From an uncultured Planctomycetaceae bacterium (lineage in GTDB: Bacteria > Planctomycetota > Planctomycetia > Planctomycetales > Planctomycetaceae): a stretch of DNA of 64,000 nucleotides. Position 1 is the stretch's first letter. Every line of letters begins with the position of its first letter. Position numbers and translations under genes: made by a program. The notes under the pieces are model-generated. The model had not been told where the DNA came from, did no database searches, and was given only the letters and a program-made list of their open reading frames with translations. Below are positions 20,106-31,200 of this stretch, piece by piece. The stretch covers positions 384,001 to 448,000 of the forward strand of contig CAWFGE010000010.1 of NCBI GenBank assembly GCA_963815195.1, given 5' to 3'.

Positions 20106-21827
20106 CTATTCCGTATCGGGTGACGTGTTCACTGCCGTCTCCACTGGCTCCAGCGTGATCTGGGTGAATTTGAAGACTGCCGGATTATGGCCGCCGATCA
20201 TGAGCGGCTCGTCGGATTGTCCAGGCAATCGCTTGAGTTGAGCAAAATCGCCCGACCAGGAATAAATCTCTTGATCGTTCGCGGTGACCCTCAGGCGATC
20301 TTTTTGCACCCAGAATGCCAGATCGACCGCCAGCCGAGGCGTTAAAACGCCCCCAAGCCGTTTCGGCGAATCCCAACCGATGCCCGCGTGCATTCCCGGG
20401 TATTTCGACGAAGTGGCATCGATGAAGAAGTTAAACCGCGAGTTTCCAGAAGCCAGGCCCACAAGCAATAAACCGGGCTGGCGCATATAGCGCTCCACCC
20501 GCAGCCGCAGACAGTAGCTTTCCGGAAGCGGACGGGAAAGGGGAACGGCCAAGGCAAAGAACGGGGTCTTATTCTCAGGCTGGGATCCCAAAATCGCATT
20601 CCCTTCTTTCCGCCAATCTCCCTTTTCGGCTTTGGAGACATCAATCGCCTCGATCAAATCGATGCGGTTGGCGCCTTCTTTCGGCTGATTCACCTGTTGC
20701 GGATCGATCTGTTTCTTTTGGCCATCTTGTGAGCCGCCGCCGATCTCCGGTTTGGCCTTCGTGCTTCCAATCGCATGCCAAATCCCCCATCCGCCAACGA
20801 GCGCCAGGACAATCAACCCGATCCAGGCCAATTTTCCAAAACGAAAGGCGGGTAATGCGGTTGCATCGTCATCGGAGGGTAAGGCAATGGTGTCATCGTT
20901 CCCGGTGGAGTTCGATGGGGAATTTTCCCGCCACTCGGCATCCATCTCTTTGAGGGCCGTCAGCACGGCGTCGGCGGAGGCGGGCCGGTCGTCGCGAGAT
21001 TTTTGGAGCAGATCGTCGATCAAATTCGAGAGCCGTTGGGGAACGGCCGGATTGACCACGCTCGGCGAAAGCTGTTGTTCCGATGTGATCGCCGCGATCA
21101 CGCCGAAAATGCCCTCGGCCTGAAACGGCAATCGCCCCGTCACCATGCGATACAGCACGCAGCCGAAGCTGAACAGATCCGAGCGCTCATCCACCGTCTC
21201 GCCGCGGGCTTGCTCGGGCGACATGTAAGCCGGCGTGCCCAACAAGGCCCCGTCCTGGGTGAGTTTGGTCAGGTTCCCGGTACTGTGATACGCCAGGCCG
21301 AAATCGAGGAGCTTGATCCGCCCGTTCGTGCCAATCCAAATGTTCGCGGGTTTGATGTCGCGATGGATCACCCCCGCCGCATGGGCGGCCGCCAAGCCTC
21401 GCGCGATTTGTTTCCCGATGGAAAACGTCTGCGCCACGTTCGCCCGCCGATCCGGCCTGAGCCACTCTTCGAGCGATTTGCCTTCCAGATGCTCCATCGC
21501 GAGAAACGGCGTGCCCTGGTCCTCGCCGACTTGATAGATCGTGACAATGTTCTCGTGCTTGAGTGCGGCGGCCGCACGGGCCTCCCGGAAAAACCGCACC
21601 CGCGCTTCGTCATCCTCGGCAAAATTCTGGTTGAGCGTTTTGAGAGCCACCGTGCGGTTGAGTTGCTCGTCCGTCGCCAGATAAACGCAGCCCATGCCGC
21701 CCCGGCCCAGCATGCGTTTGATGCGATAGGGTCCCAGCATCTCCGGCGAAGCCCCCGCGGAATGTTCCGTGGCCATCTCGCCCGATGAGTTGGGCGAAGG
21801 CGGTTTCAAATCGAAATCCGACGACAT
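20106..21827 (-). CDS. Membrane Ser/Thr kinase, tandem copy A
   Basis: Kinase domain nearly identical to 18102-19832; linker, TM and C-terminal domain diverged. Confidence 0.92.
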   Translation of the reverse strand: MSSDFDLKPPSPNSSGEMATEHSAGASPEMLGPYRIKRMLGRGGMGCVYLATDEQLNRTVALKTLNQNFAEDDEARVRFFREARAAAALKHENIVTIYQVGEDQGTPFLAMEHLEGKSLEEWLRPDRRANVAQTFSIGKQIARGLAAAHAAGVIHRDIKPANIWIGTNGRIKLLDFGLAYHSTGNLTKLTQDGALLGTPAYMSPEQARGETVDERSDLFSFGCVLYRMVTGRLPFQAEGIFGVIAAITSEQQLSPSVVNPAVPQRLSNLIDDLLQKSRDDRPASADAVLTALKEMDAEWRENSPSNSTGNDDTIALPSDDDATALPAFRFGKLAWIGLIVLALVGGWGIWHAIGSTKAKPEIGGGSQDGQKKQIDPQQVNQPKEGANRIDLIEAIDVSKAEKGDWRKEGNAILGSQPENKTPFFALAVPLSRPLPESYCLRLRVERYMRQPGLLLVGLASGNSRFNFFIDATSSKYPGMHAGIGWDSPKRLGGVLTPRLAVDLAFWVQKDRLRVTANDQEIYSWSGDFAQLKRLPGQSDEPLMIGGHNPAVFKFTQITLEPVETAVNTSPDTE

Positions 21828-22001
21828 GCGATCACCCTTGGAAAGGTGGAAAAGACTGGAACTGGAGCGGCGATCTTGAAGCTTTCAGCATATCGCCTGA
21901 TGTGGTTTTCGGCTACGGATAATTGAGCCGGTTCGTTGCTCTTTTCGGCCCGGTCGCCTACGCTAAACCCAGTCCATCTTGTTCGCGTATTCCTGGGAGA
22001 G

Positions 22002-25000
22002 ATGATGTTAATGATCCGTTTGCTGGCCGTCGTGGGAATCTTGGGGAACATCGCCGCCGGTTCCTCTGTCTTCGCCCAAAACGCCGAGCCTTTCTCGTTC
22101 AAGAAGGGCGACCACATTTGCTCTATCGGGAACACCTTGGCCGACCGCATGCAGCACCACGGCTGGCTGGAAACGCTCATCCAAAGCCGATTTCCCGACC
22201 ACGAACTCGTGTTTCGGAACCTGGGCTTTTCGGCGGATGAACTCACCGTCCGCCCGCGCTCGGACAACTTCGGCTCCCCCGACAAGCATCTCGCCTTCTC
22301 CAAAGCCGACGTGATCTTCGCCTTCTTCGGCTATAACGAATCCTTTAACGGAGAGGCCGGCCTCCCGGCGTTCCGCAAACAGCTCGCGGACTTCATCGAC
22401 CACACGCTCAGCCAGAAATACAACGGCAAATCGGCCCCGCGTTTGGTCCTCTTCTCGCCGATCGCTTACGAAGACACGGGCAATCCCAACCTGCCCGACG
22501 GCAAGGAAAATAATGCCCGCCTCAAACTCTACACCCAGGCGATGGCCGAGGTCGCGAAAGAAAAAAAGGTGCCGTTTGTCGATCTCTATCATCCGACCTC
22601 GGCTGTCTACGCCCAGACCAAACAGCCGCTGACGATCAACGGGATTCATCTCACCTTGGAAGGCAATCGCCGGTTGGCGGAGATCATCGAACAAGCTCTG
22701 TTCGGCAAGACGGTCCCGCCCGGCGAGGAGACTTTGGAAACGCTTCGGACCGCGGTGCTCGATAAGAATTTGCACTGGTTCAACCGCTACCGCGTGACCG
22801 ACGGCTACAACGTTTACGGCGGCCGGTCGAAGACGGGCGACTACGACGGCCAGACCAACGCGACGATCATGCAGCGCGAGTGGGAAATCCTCGATGTGAA
22901 AACCGCCAACCGCGATCGCAAAATCTGGGCGCTCGCCCGGGGCAGCGACTATACGGTCGATGACAGCAACGCCCCGCCGCCACTCACCATCAAAACCAAT
23001 CGCCCCGGCCCCAACCCCGACGGTTCGCATCCGTTCTTGAGCGGAAAGGACGCCATCGCCGAGATGACGGTGCACACCGGGATGAGCATCAATCTCTTTG
23101 CGTCCGAAGAAACGTTTCCCGAGTTCATCAACCCCGTGCAGGCTTCGGTCGATGCCGACGGCCGGTTGTGGGTCGCGGCGTGGCCGACCTATCCGCATTG
23201 GAATCCGAGGAAGGAAATGAACGACAAGCTGCTGATCCTGCCCGACGACGACGGCGACGGCGTGGCCGACCGCTGCATCACCTTTGCCGACCATCTGCAC
23301 AACCCCACCGGCTTCGAGTTTTGGAACGGCGGCGTGATCGTCGCCCAGGCCCCGGATTTGATGTTCCTCAAAGACACCGACGGCGACGACAAAGCCGACG
23401 TCCGCTTGCGGATCCTGCACGGCATCGACTCCGCCGACACACACCACACCGCGAACTCGTTCGTCATCGATCCCGCGGGCTGGCTGTATTTCCAGCGCGG
23501 CGTGTTTCACGTGACCAATGTCGAAACGCCTTGGCAAAAGCCCTTTCGCTCCAATAGCACGGGGCTGTATCGCTTTAATCCCCGCAGCTTTCAGATCGAA
23601 TACCATTTCTCCGTCGGCCCCAATCCGCACGGCGACGTGATCGACCGCTGGGGCAACCAGTTTGTCAGCGACGGCACCAGCGGCACGGGCTATTACGTCG
23701 GCTTTCCCCGGAAGCCTGCTCCCAAGCAGCTTTACGTCAAGCAATACCGACCGGTGCCGGGAACGGGCCTGATCTCCGGCAGCCACTTCCCCGAAAAGCT
23801 GCAAGGCAATCTGCTGATCACCAACGCCATCGGCTTTCAAGGCGTGGCGCAATATCAGTTTGTCGATCAAGGGGCGAGCTTCCACTGCGAACCGGTGGAG
23901 CCGATCGTGTTTTCGAAAGACCCCAACTTCCGCCCGACCGCGGTGGAAATCGGCGGCGACGGTGCGCTTTATATCACCGACTGGCAAAACCCCTTGATCG
24001 GCCACTTGCAGCATAACCTCCGCGATCCCAACCGCGATCACCGCCACGGCCGGATTTATCGCGTGACCGTCAACGGCCGGCCGCTGCGGAAACCCGTCAC
24101 GATGGCCGGTCAACCGATTGCGGAACTCCTCGAGCACATGAAGTCCGACGAGGACGACATCCGCTACCGGGCGAGGCTGGAACTCAGCGGCCGTGAAAGC
24201 CAAGCCGTCGCGGACGCTGCCGCCAAATTCGCCGCGGGCCTGGACGCACGGGACACGAAGGCCGCAATGCCTTTGACCGAGGCGCTTTGGCTGCATCAAC
24301 AACACAAGATCGTCAACGAAGCACTGCTACGAAAAGTGCTCACATCTCCTGAACCCAATGCGCGAGCCGCCGCCACGAAGGTGCTGCGGGAATGGCATCC
24401 GCAGATAAAGAACGCCGGTTCGCTGCTGATCCAGTTGGCCTCGGATGAAAATCCCCGCGTCCGCGCCCAAGCCGTGGTCGCGGCGACGTATTATCAAGGC
24501 CCGGATGCAGCGGAGGTCGTGTTTGCCGCGGAACTGTTGCCGCAGGATTTGCAGATCACGGCCGACCTCAAAGAGGCCCGCAGCATCTTGAATGTCGATC
24601 AATATATTCGCGACGCGATCGCCGACAACAAAAAGCTTTCCAAGGCCGCCCAGCTCTCTATGCTCAAAAATGCGAGCGTCAATGAACTCGTCAAGCTGGA
24701 GCCGAGCGAAGCGGTGTACCTGGCGATCCTTTCGCGTCAAAACGTGCCTGCCGAGCATCTGCGCTATGCGCTCGGCGGTTTGGCGAAGTTCCAGAAATCG
24801 AGCGACCTGGACTTGTTGATGAAACTCATCGGCGATCTGGACGCGAACGAGCAAGCGGCGAGTCTGAACGGACCGACTGCGCTTTTAATGGAACGTTCGC
24901 CCGCGGAACTCGCGGGCGTCAAGGAGGCACTTAAGAAACTCGCCACCAAGGGAACAACAGGCGAAGCCCGCAAACTGGGTTTCGCCGCTTGGATGACCGC

Positions 25001-26939
25001 CGCCGGTGCTCCGGGCGATGCGTTCGCAAGCGCCACGCAGGACAAAGCCGGTGTGAAACTTTGGCTCGAATCACTTTCCCTCTTAAGAGACGACAAGCTC
25101 CGCGGGCAACTGTATGAGACCGTGCAGCCGCTGCTGTTTTCGCTGCCGGCGAATTTGGAGCAGGAATCGGGCACGTCCGCGATTGCATCCAGCGGGATTC
25201 ATGTGGATTTCTTCCAGCCCAACCCGCGAAACGTCGCCGTCGAAACCTTGGCCCAACTCAAGCCCCAGGCGAGCGGGATCGTGTCCGACATTCGCATGGA
25301 TGTCCCGCAACTCAAAACGCGGGACGGGTTTGCCCTCCGGTTTACGGGACTGATCCATATCGACCGCGGAGGCAGATATACCTTCTTTACCCGCTCGGAT
25401 GATGGATCCCGGCTCTACATCGGCGATGAATTGGTCGTCAACAACGACGGGCTGCACGGGATGTCCGAAAAGAAAGGCAGCATTCAGCTTTCGCCGGGCT
25501 TTCATCCGATCACCGTCACCTACTTCGACAACGGCGGCGGAGATGGGCTCGAAGTCTCCTGGTCCGGCCGAGGCATGCGGAAAGGGGCCATCCCGGCGGA
25601 AAAGCTCTCCGTCAGCGGCGGCGAAACGCTGCACGATGTGGCGATCGGCACCTTGCAATCGCTCCCCGGTCCCAAGGCCGAGATGTTCCGCGATCTGGCG
25701 ACGTTGATCAAATCCGGTCGCAATCGCACGAGCGCGATCCGCGCGATTCGGCAGATTCCCAAAGAGGATTGGCAAAAAGACCAGGCGAGACCGTTGGTCG
25801 ACAATCTGACCGCCTACCTCACCGAGATCCCCGCCCGCTACCGCACCGGAGCGGTGGCGATGGATGCCCTCGGTCTGGCCAAGGAACTCGCCGAGCGATT
25901 GCCGGCCGATCAAGCCCGCACCGCAAAAGAACGCCTGGAAAACCTGGACGTGCGGGTGATCGCGATCGGCACGGTGCCGCATCGGATGATTTATGACAAG
26001 GAACGGATCGTCGCCCTAGCCGGGCAGCCGGTGGAGTTTCGCTTCTCCAATTCCGACAGCATGCCGCACAACTTCGCGATCACTTTACCAGGCGCGATGG
26101 AAGAGATCGGCCTGTTGGCCGAAGCCACGGCCCGCGATGCCGACGCGATGGCGCGGAGCTACATCCCCAAGTCGAACAAAATCCTCATGGGCAGCCGGCT
26201 CTTGCAAACCGGGGAGTCGCAGGCTCTGAGTTTTGAAGTGCCCAAGCAGCCGGGCGTCTATCCCTATGTCTGCACCTATCCCGGCCACTGGCGGCGAATG
26301 TATGGGGCGCTTTATGTCGTGGAGAACCTCGCCGACTACCAGGCCGACCCCGCGAACTATTTGGCCCAGCATCCGCTCAAAATTCAGGATGAACTCTTAA
26401 ACCTCATCGGCAAGTCCCGCGAGTGGGAAGTGGAAGAGCTTTTGGAGTCCGTCAAGCCGTTGGCCGAGGGGCGGTCCTATGAAGTCGGCTATAACGCCTT
26501 CAAAGTCGCGAGCTGCATCGCCTGCCATAAGATGGGTTCCGAAGGCCAGCAAGTCGGCCCGGAGCTGTCCAAGCTCGACGAGAAAAAGACCAACGCCGAG
26601 CACATCCTGCGTTCGCTCTTAACGCCATCGGAAAAAATCGAGGAGAAGTACCAGACTTATACGTTTCTCCTCGCCTCCGGCCAGACGGTGACGGGGATGA
26701 TCCTCGAAGAAAAACCCGAGGGTATCGAGATCATCGAAAACCCGCTCGCCAAGACCAAGCCGCTGGTGATTCAGAAATCGGACATCGAATTGCGCAAAAA
26801 GTCGGAAAAATCCCTGATGCCCGAAGGCCTCGTCAACAAGCTCACCCGCGAAGAGATCCTGGACTTAATCGCCTATGTGGTGAGCAAAGGCGATAAAAAC
26901 CATAAACTCTTCAAAGGCCACGAGGGGCATCAGCACTAG
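22002..26939 (+). CDS. PVC-type heme-binding protein (SGNH + membrane dehydrogenase propeller + HEAT + PA14 + cupredoxin + cytochrome c)
   Basis: IGNTLADR/FFGYNES/GIH (SGNH), DTDGDDKAD repeats, SDDGSRLYI..VNNDGLHG (PA14), MPHNF..YVCTYPGHW..M (cupredoxin), CIACH. Confidence 0.9.
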   Translation: MMLMIRLLAVVGILGNIAAGSSVFAQNAEPFSFKKGDHICSIGNTLADRMQHHGWLETLIQSRFPDHELVFRNLGFSADELTVRPRSDNFGSPDKHLAFSKADVIFAFFGYNESFNGEAGLPAFRKQLADFIDHTLSQKYNGKSAPRLVLFSPIAYEDTGNPNLPDGKENNARLKLYTQAMAEVAKEKKVPFVDLYHPTSAVYAQTKQPLTINGIHLTLEGNRRLAEIIEQALFGKTVPPGEETLETLRTAVLDKNLHWFNRYRVTDGYNVYGGRSKTGDYDGQTNATIMQREWEILDVKTANRDRKIWALARGSDYTVDDSNAPPPLTIKTNRPGPNPDGSHPFLSGKDAIAEMTVHTGMSINLFASEETFPEFINPVQASVDADGRLWVAAWPTYPHWNPRKEMNDKLLILPDDDGDGVADRCITFADHLHNPTGFEFWNGGVIVAQAPDLMFLKDTDGDDKADVRLRILHGIDSADTHHTANSFVIDPAGWLYFQRGVFHVTNVETPWQKPFRSNSTGLYRFNPRSFQIEYHFSVGPNPHGDVIDRWGNQFVSDGTSGTGYYVGFPRKPAPKQLYVKQYRPVPGTGLISGSHFPEKLQGNLLITNAIGFQGVAQYQFVDQGASFHCEPVEPIVFSKDPNFRPTAVEIGGDGALYITDWQNPLIGHLQHNLRDPNRDHRHGRIYRVTVNGRPLRKPVTMAGQPIAELLEHMKSDEDDIRYRARLELSGRESQAVADAAAKFAAGLDARDTKAAMPLTEALWLHQQHKIVNEALLRKVLTSPEPNARAAATKVLREWHPQIKNAGSLLIQLASDENPRVRAQAVVAATYYQGPDAAEVVFAAELLPQDLQITADLKEARSILNVDQYIRDAIADNKKLSKAAQLSMLKNASVNELVKLEPSEAVYLAILSRQNVPAEHLRYALGGLAKFQKSSDLDLLMKLIGDLDANEQAASLNGPTALLMERSPAELAGVKEALKKLATKGTTGEARKLGFAAWMTAAGAPGDAFASATQDKAGVKLWLESLSLLRDDKLRGQLYETVQPLLFSLPANLEQESGTSAIASSGIHVDFFQPNPRNVAVETLAQLKPQASGIVSDIRMDVPQLKTRDGFALRFTGLIHIDRGGRYTFFTRSDDGSRLYIGDELVVNNDGLHGMSEKKGSIQLSPGFHPITVTYFDNGGGDGLEVSWSGRGMRKGAIPAEKLSVSGGETLHDVAIGTLQSLPGPKAEMFRDLATLIKSGRNRTSAIRAIRQIPKEDWQKDQARPLVDNLTAYLTEIPARYRTGAVAMDALGLAKELAERLPADQARTAKERLENLDVRVIAIGTVPHRMIYDKERIVALAGQPVEFRFSNSDSMPHNFAITLPGAMEEIGLLAEATARDADAMARSYIPKSNKILMGSRLLQTGESQALSFEVPKQPGVYPYVCTYPGHWRRMYGALYVVENLADYQADPANYLAQHPLKIQDELLNLIGKSREWEVEELLESVKPLAEGRSYEVGYNAFKVASCIACHKMGSEGQQVGPELSKLDEKKTNAEHILRSLLTPSEKIEEKYQTYTFLLASGQTVTGMILEEKPEGIEIIENPLAKTKPLVIQKSDIELRKKSEKSLMPEGLVNKLTREEILDLIAYVVSKGDKNHKLFKGHEGHQH

Positions 26940-27742
26940 CCGCCCTGGAGGATGCGTTGGGCCAGTTGGTTATAGGTCTGGTTGACCAGCTGGGCCTCTC
27001 TATTGAGGAAAGCGCGTTGCGGAGAGATATTGAACGGTTCCACGACCTGCCGCCAGGCCCGCTGAAGGTCCGAAAAACTCTGGCTGAAGAGCGCGGGATT
27101 GTTGTTTCGTTCCACCACTTGACGAAAACGCCGCGCGGTCCCGGCGAAGGTCCGGATCGAATTTTGCAATCGCCAATCGATCGCCCGATTTGATAAAATC
27201 CGATTCGCGCGGTACGCCAAGTATTGGGACTCACGTTCCAAGGCCCGGGCGTCGCGGACGATGGCTAACCCGTTGCCGGCGGCTCCAACGTTCGCGGAAA
27301 TCGCAGCGTGGACCTGGTCGTCGGCGAACTGGACGCGGGCGGCATCCCGCACAATCACACCCCACGCCTGACCCTGACCCGGCCGCCGGATCTCAAGATT
27401 CCGAAACAATTGACGAAGCTGGCCATCGAGATTCTGTAAATCCTGAGAGAGAGACTGCCGGCCTACGCCCGCTTTGAGGGAGCGGTCGAAGTGCCGCGCG
27501 GCTTCCAATGCGGCACCTGCTTCCCGAGACACGTTCCGGGTATTCGGCCCCCGCACGTCGATGGACAAATGCTGATGGAGTTGCGCCAACTCGCTGACGA
27601 GTTGGGTGGACCACTGGCTGACGTCCCCGGATTGTTGTTGGCCGTAGCCAATCGCGGGGCCCTGGGCATCGGCGGTTTGCCTCGTAAGCAGGATGAACGA
27701 CAAGCCGCAGAGGACCAGCGCCTTTTGAATCGAAATGGACAT
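26936..27742 (-). CDS. Secreted helical hypothetical protein
   Basis: Signal peptide, AGGAGA-like SD, two loosely repeated helical units. Confidence 0.6.
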   Translation of the reverse strand: MSISIQKALVLCGLSFILLTRQTADAQGPAIGYGQQQSGDVSQWSTQLVSELAQLHQHLSIDVRGPNTRNVSREAGAALEAARHFDRSLKAGVGRQSLSQDLQNLDGQLRQLFRNLEIRRPGQGQAWGVIVRDAARVQFADDQVHAAISANVGAAGNGLAIVRDARALERESQYLAYRANRILSNRAIDWRLQNSIRTFAGTARRFRQVVERNNNPALFSQSFSDLQRAWRQVVEPFNISPQRAFLNREAQLVNQTYNQLAQRILQGG

Positions 27743-28219
27743 GGTTCTCTCCTCGATTCGTTTGATGTAATGCCTTTACATTCATCTGATGTTCTGCCCA
27801 AGCGAGCGATGCACGCTTTGGATTGGGCCTTATACTTCCATTTTAGCCGCTTGGAAGCAGGCTCCTACCGGAGAAATCAACGTCCCCGGCTGCGGTGGAT
27901 CTCCAGACTCCCAATAGGGAATTTTCGAGCCGCCCACCGCGGGGGGTCGGGATTTGTCGACATCGACGAACATGCGATTAATCCTAACCCGGACGAGCCG
28001 GCGGAACATTCTCGATCCGCGTTTTTGGCAACGCATTTCCCTGCTCCCGTCTTTTCCGCGTTGACCGGAAGAAGGCGGATTTTCGGCAACGGGAGAATTT
28101 TGAAAAAAACCCTCAGGATGACTACTTCCTGTTTGCACGGGGAAATCCCTGTGGTTACCGTATTATGTACGCCCTCTCTGTACATCCACTACAACTCTTC
28201 GGGTCGGTGGAGTCTCTCG

Positions 28220-31200
28220 ATGAATTTCGCCCCGTTTGCAGGTCGTTTGCCGAATCTGAGTTGGTCCATCGCTTCGCGCGTGCGAGAAATGTTTCGCCCG
28301 TCGTCGTCCCGAAGAGATGCCCGCCGGCAACTTCGCTGGCGTGGTTATTCACCGATCGGAATTATTGCGGAGGTTCTCGAGGACCGGACTTTGCTCACGA
28401 CCTTGTCCGTTTCGGACGTGACAAGGCCCGAAGGCGATAGCGGGGATACGACATTCACATTTGATGTGATGCTCGATGAAGCCATCGCTGAGGATGTGAC
28501 CTTCAATTTCACAACCGAGACGTTCAACTTGAAAGGCTTCGCGCAGGCGGGCAGCGACTTCACTCCCGTGAGCGGTTCCGGAAGGATCACGGCCGGTCAA
28601 ACCGCGACCACGATCGAAGTCTCGATCCTGGGTGATCGCGTGCCGGAAAGCGATGAGCTGTTCTTCGTGGATCTTTCCAATATTGATGCCGGCGGCCTGC
28701 CCGTCGAATTCGATCCCGCCCAAATTCGACCCACCGGCATCACCGAAGTCGCGTCCTATAATACGCCCGGTTACGCGTTGAATGTGCAAGTGGTGGGCAA
28801 CCTGGCTTATGTCGCCGACAGTTTGAGCGGTATCCGGGCGTTGGATTTGACCGATCCTGCTGGCATCACTGAACTGGGGGCGTTCGATACGCCCGGTCAG
28901 GTTTGGGATGTGCAAGTGGTAGGAGACTTAGCCTATCTCGCCGACAGTGTGGGTCTGCGGGTGTTGGATGTGAGCAACCCTGCCGCCATCAACGAAGTGG
29001 GGTTCTTTGATACGTCCGGTAACGCGTTGGCTGTGCAATTGGTGGGCAACCTAGCTTATGTTGCCAATGATGAGAGCGGTCTCCGGGTGTTGGATGTGAG
29101 CAACCCTGCCGCCATCACCGAACTCGGCACCTTCAACACGGCCGATTATGCACGGGATCTGCAAGTCGTGGACAACCTGGCATATGTCGCCGATAATGCT
29201 GACGGTCTACGGGTGTTGGATGTGAGCAACCCTGCCGCCATCACCGAAGTGGGGTTCTTTGATACGCAATATGTCGCTTTCAGTGTACAAGTCGTGGGCA
29301 ACCTGGCATATGTTGCCGATGGTAATAGCGTGCGGGTGCTGGATGTGAGCAACCCTGCCAGCATCATGGTACTCGGCACCTTCAGTTCGTTCCATACGGC
29401 CGGCTACACAAGGGATGTGCAAGTGGTGGGCAACCGGGCTTATGTCGCCGATGATGAGAAGGGTCTGCGGGTGTTGGATGTAAGCAACCCCGCCAGCATC
29501 ACCGAACTCGGTACGTTCGATACGCCGGGTAACGCAGGCGCTGTGCACGTGATGGGCAACCTGGTTTATGTCGCCGATGGTAATAGCGGTCTGCGGGTGT
29601 ATGACGTGGAAACAGGTCTGGCTGCCCGGGCACTGGCAACGATCCAAAACGATGACCCAGCCAGACTGAGCATTTCCAATGTGTCAATGCTTGAGGGCAG
29701 TAGCGGTCCGACGACGTTTACGTTTGATGTGACACTCGACGTCGCGATTAGCGAAGATGTGACGTTTAATTATACAACCGTGTCCGATACAGCACTGGCT
29801 GGCAGCGACTTTCAGGCAGTCAACGGTTCCGGAAGAATCCCGGCTGGACAAACCGCGACGACGATCGAAGTGACTGTCACCGGAGAAAGTGCGGTGGAAA
29901 GCGATGAGCGATTTTTGTGAACATTTCCAACCGGCAAGCCAGCGGTCTCCTCATCGAATTTGATCCCGCGCAACTTACAATCGGCGATATCACGGAAGTG
30001 GGGTTCTCGAACGCGCCAGGTTTCGCCCAAAGCGTGCAGTTAGTCGGGAACCTGGCTTATGTCGCCGATGCTTTAAGTGGCCTTCGGGTATTGGATGTGA
30101 GCAATCCCGCCAGCATCACGCAACTTGGAGCCTTCGATACGCTTGGGTCCGTTTCGGATGTGCAAGTGGTGGGCAACTTGGCTTACGTCGCCGATGGTTC
30201 CAGTGGTCTGCGGGTGTTGGATGTGAGCAATCCCGCGAACATCACCGAACTTGGAGCCTTCGATACGCCCGGTTTCGCACGTGATGTGCAAGTGGTGGGG
30301 AACCTGGCTTATGTCGCCGATGCTTTAAGTGGCCTTCGGGTATTGGATGTGAGCAACCCCGCCAGCATCACCGAACTCGGTGCGTTCGATACGTTCGGTT
30401 ACGCACATACTGTGCAGGTGATGGGGAACCTGGCTTATGTCGCCGATGGTGATAGCGGTCTGTCGGTGTTGGATGTGAGCGACCCCACCACCATCGGCCT
30501 AGTGAATTTCTTTGATACGTTCTTCGAGTATTACGATGTGCAAGTGGTGGGAGGCTTAGCTTATGTCGCCGACAATAGCGGTCTGCGGGTGTTTGATGTG
30601 AGCAGCCCCTTCGCCATCACCGAAGTCGGATTTTTTGATACGCCCGGTCTCGCCTCGAGAGTGCAAGTGGTGGACGATTTGGTTTATGTCGCTTGTGGTA
30701 GCGGTCTGCAGGTGTTGGATGTCAGCGACCCCGCCGCCATCACCGAAGTGGGTTTCTTTAATACACCAGGTTTCGCTTGGGATGTGCAAGTTGTCGGCGG
30801 TTTGGCCTATGTAGCCGACGATTCAGGTGGCCTGCGAGTGCTCGGATTGACCAATGCCCGGGCAACGGCGACGATCGAAAACGACGATTCCGCGAAGGTG
30901 ATTTTGGCGAGCGTCGTAAACATCGCCACGCAACAACTTGAGGGAGACGATGACGATCCAACGTCCCTAGCCCAGTTTGAGTTTTCCGTGACATTGGATC
31001 ATCCGGTGCCTGGAGGATTCACGCTTCGGTACTTGGTCCGAGACGGTGCTATTAACCCGGTGGTCAATCCGGGACGAGCGGAACTGGGCAAAGATTACAT
31101 CGTCGATGACAGCGTTCCTTACAATCAGTTCTCGGGCGGTGTGGGAACGTTGACATTTACGGGAAATGCCAACGAACGGTTGTTTATCGATCTGACGTCC

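Noticed and set aside
4199..24305. Long antisense ORFs (e.g. 4199-5806 +, 13238-15367 +, 22008-24305 -)
   Set aside because: Shadow ORFs opposite recognisable genes in high-GC DNA; no motifs
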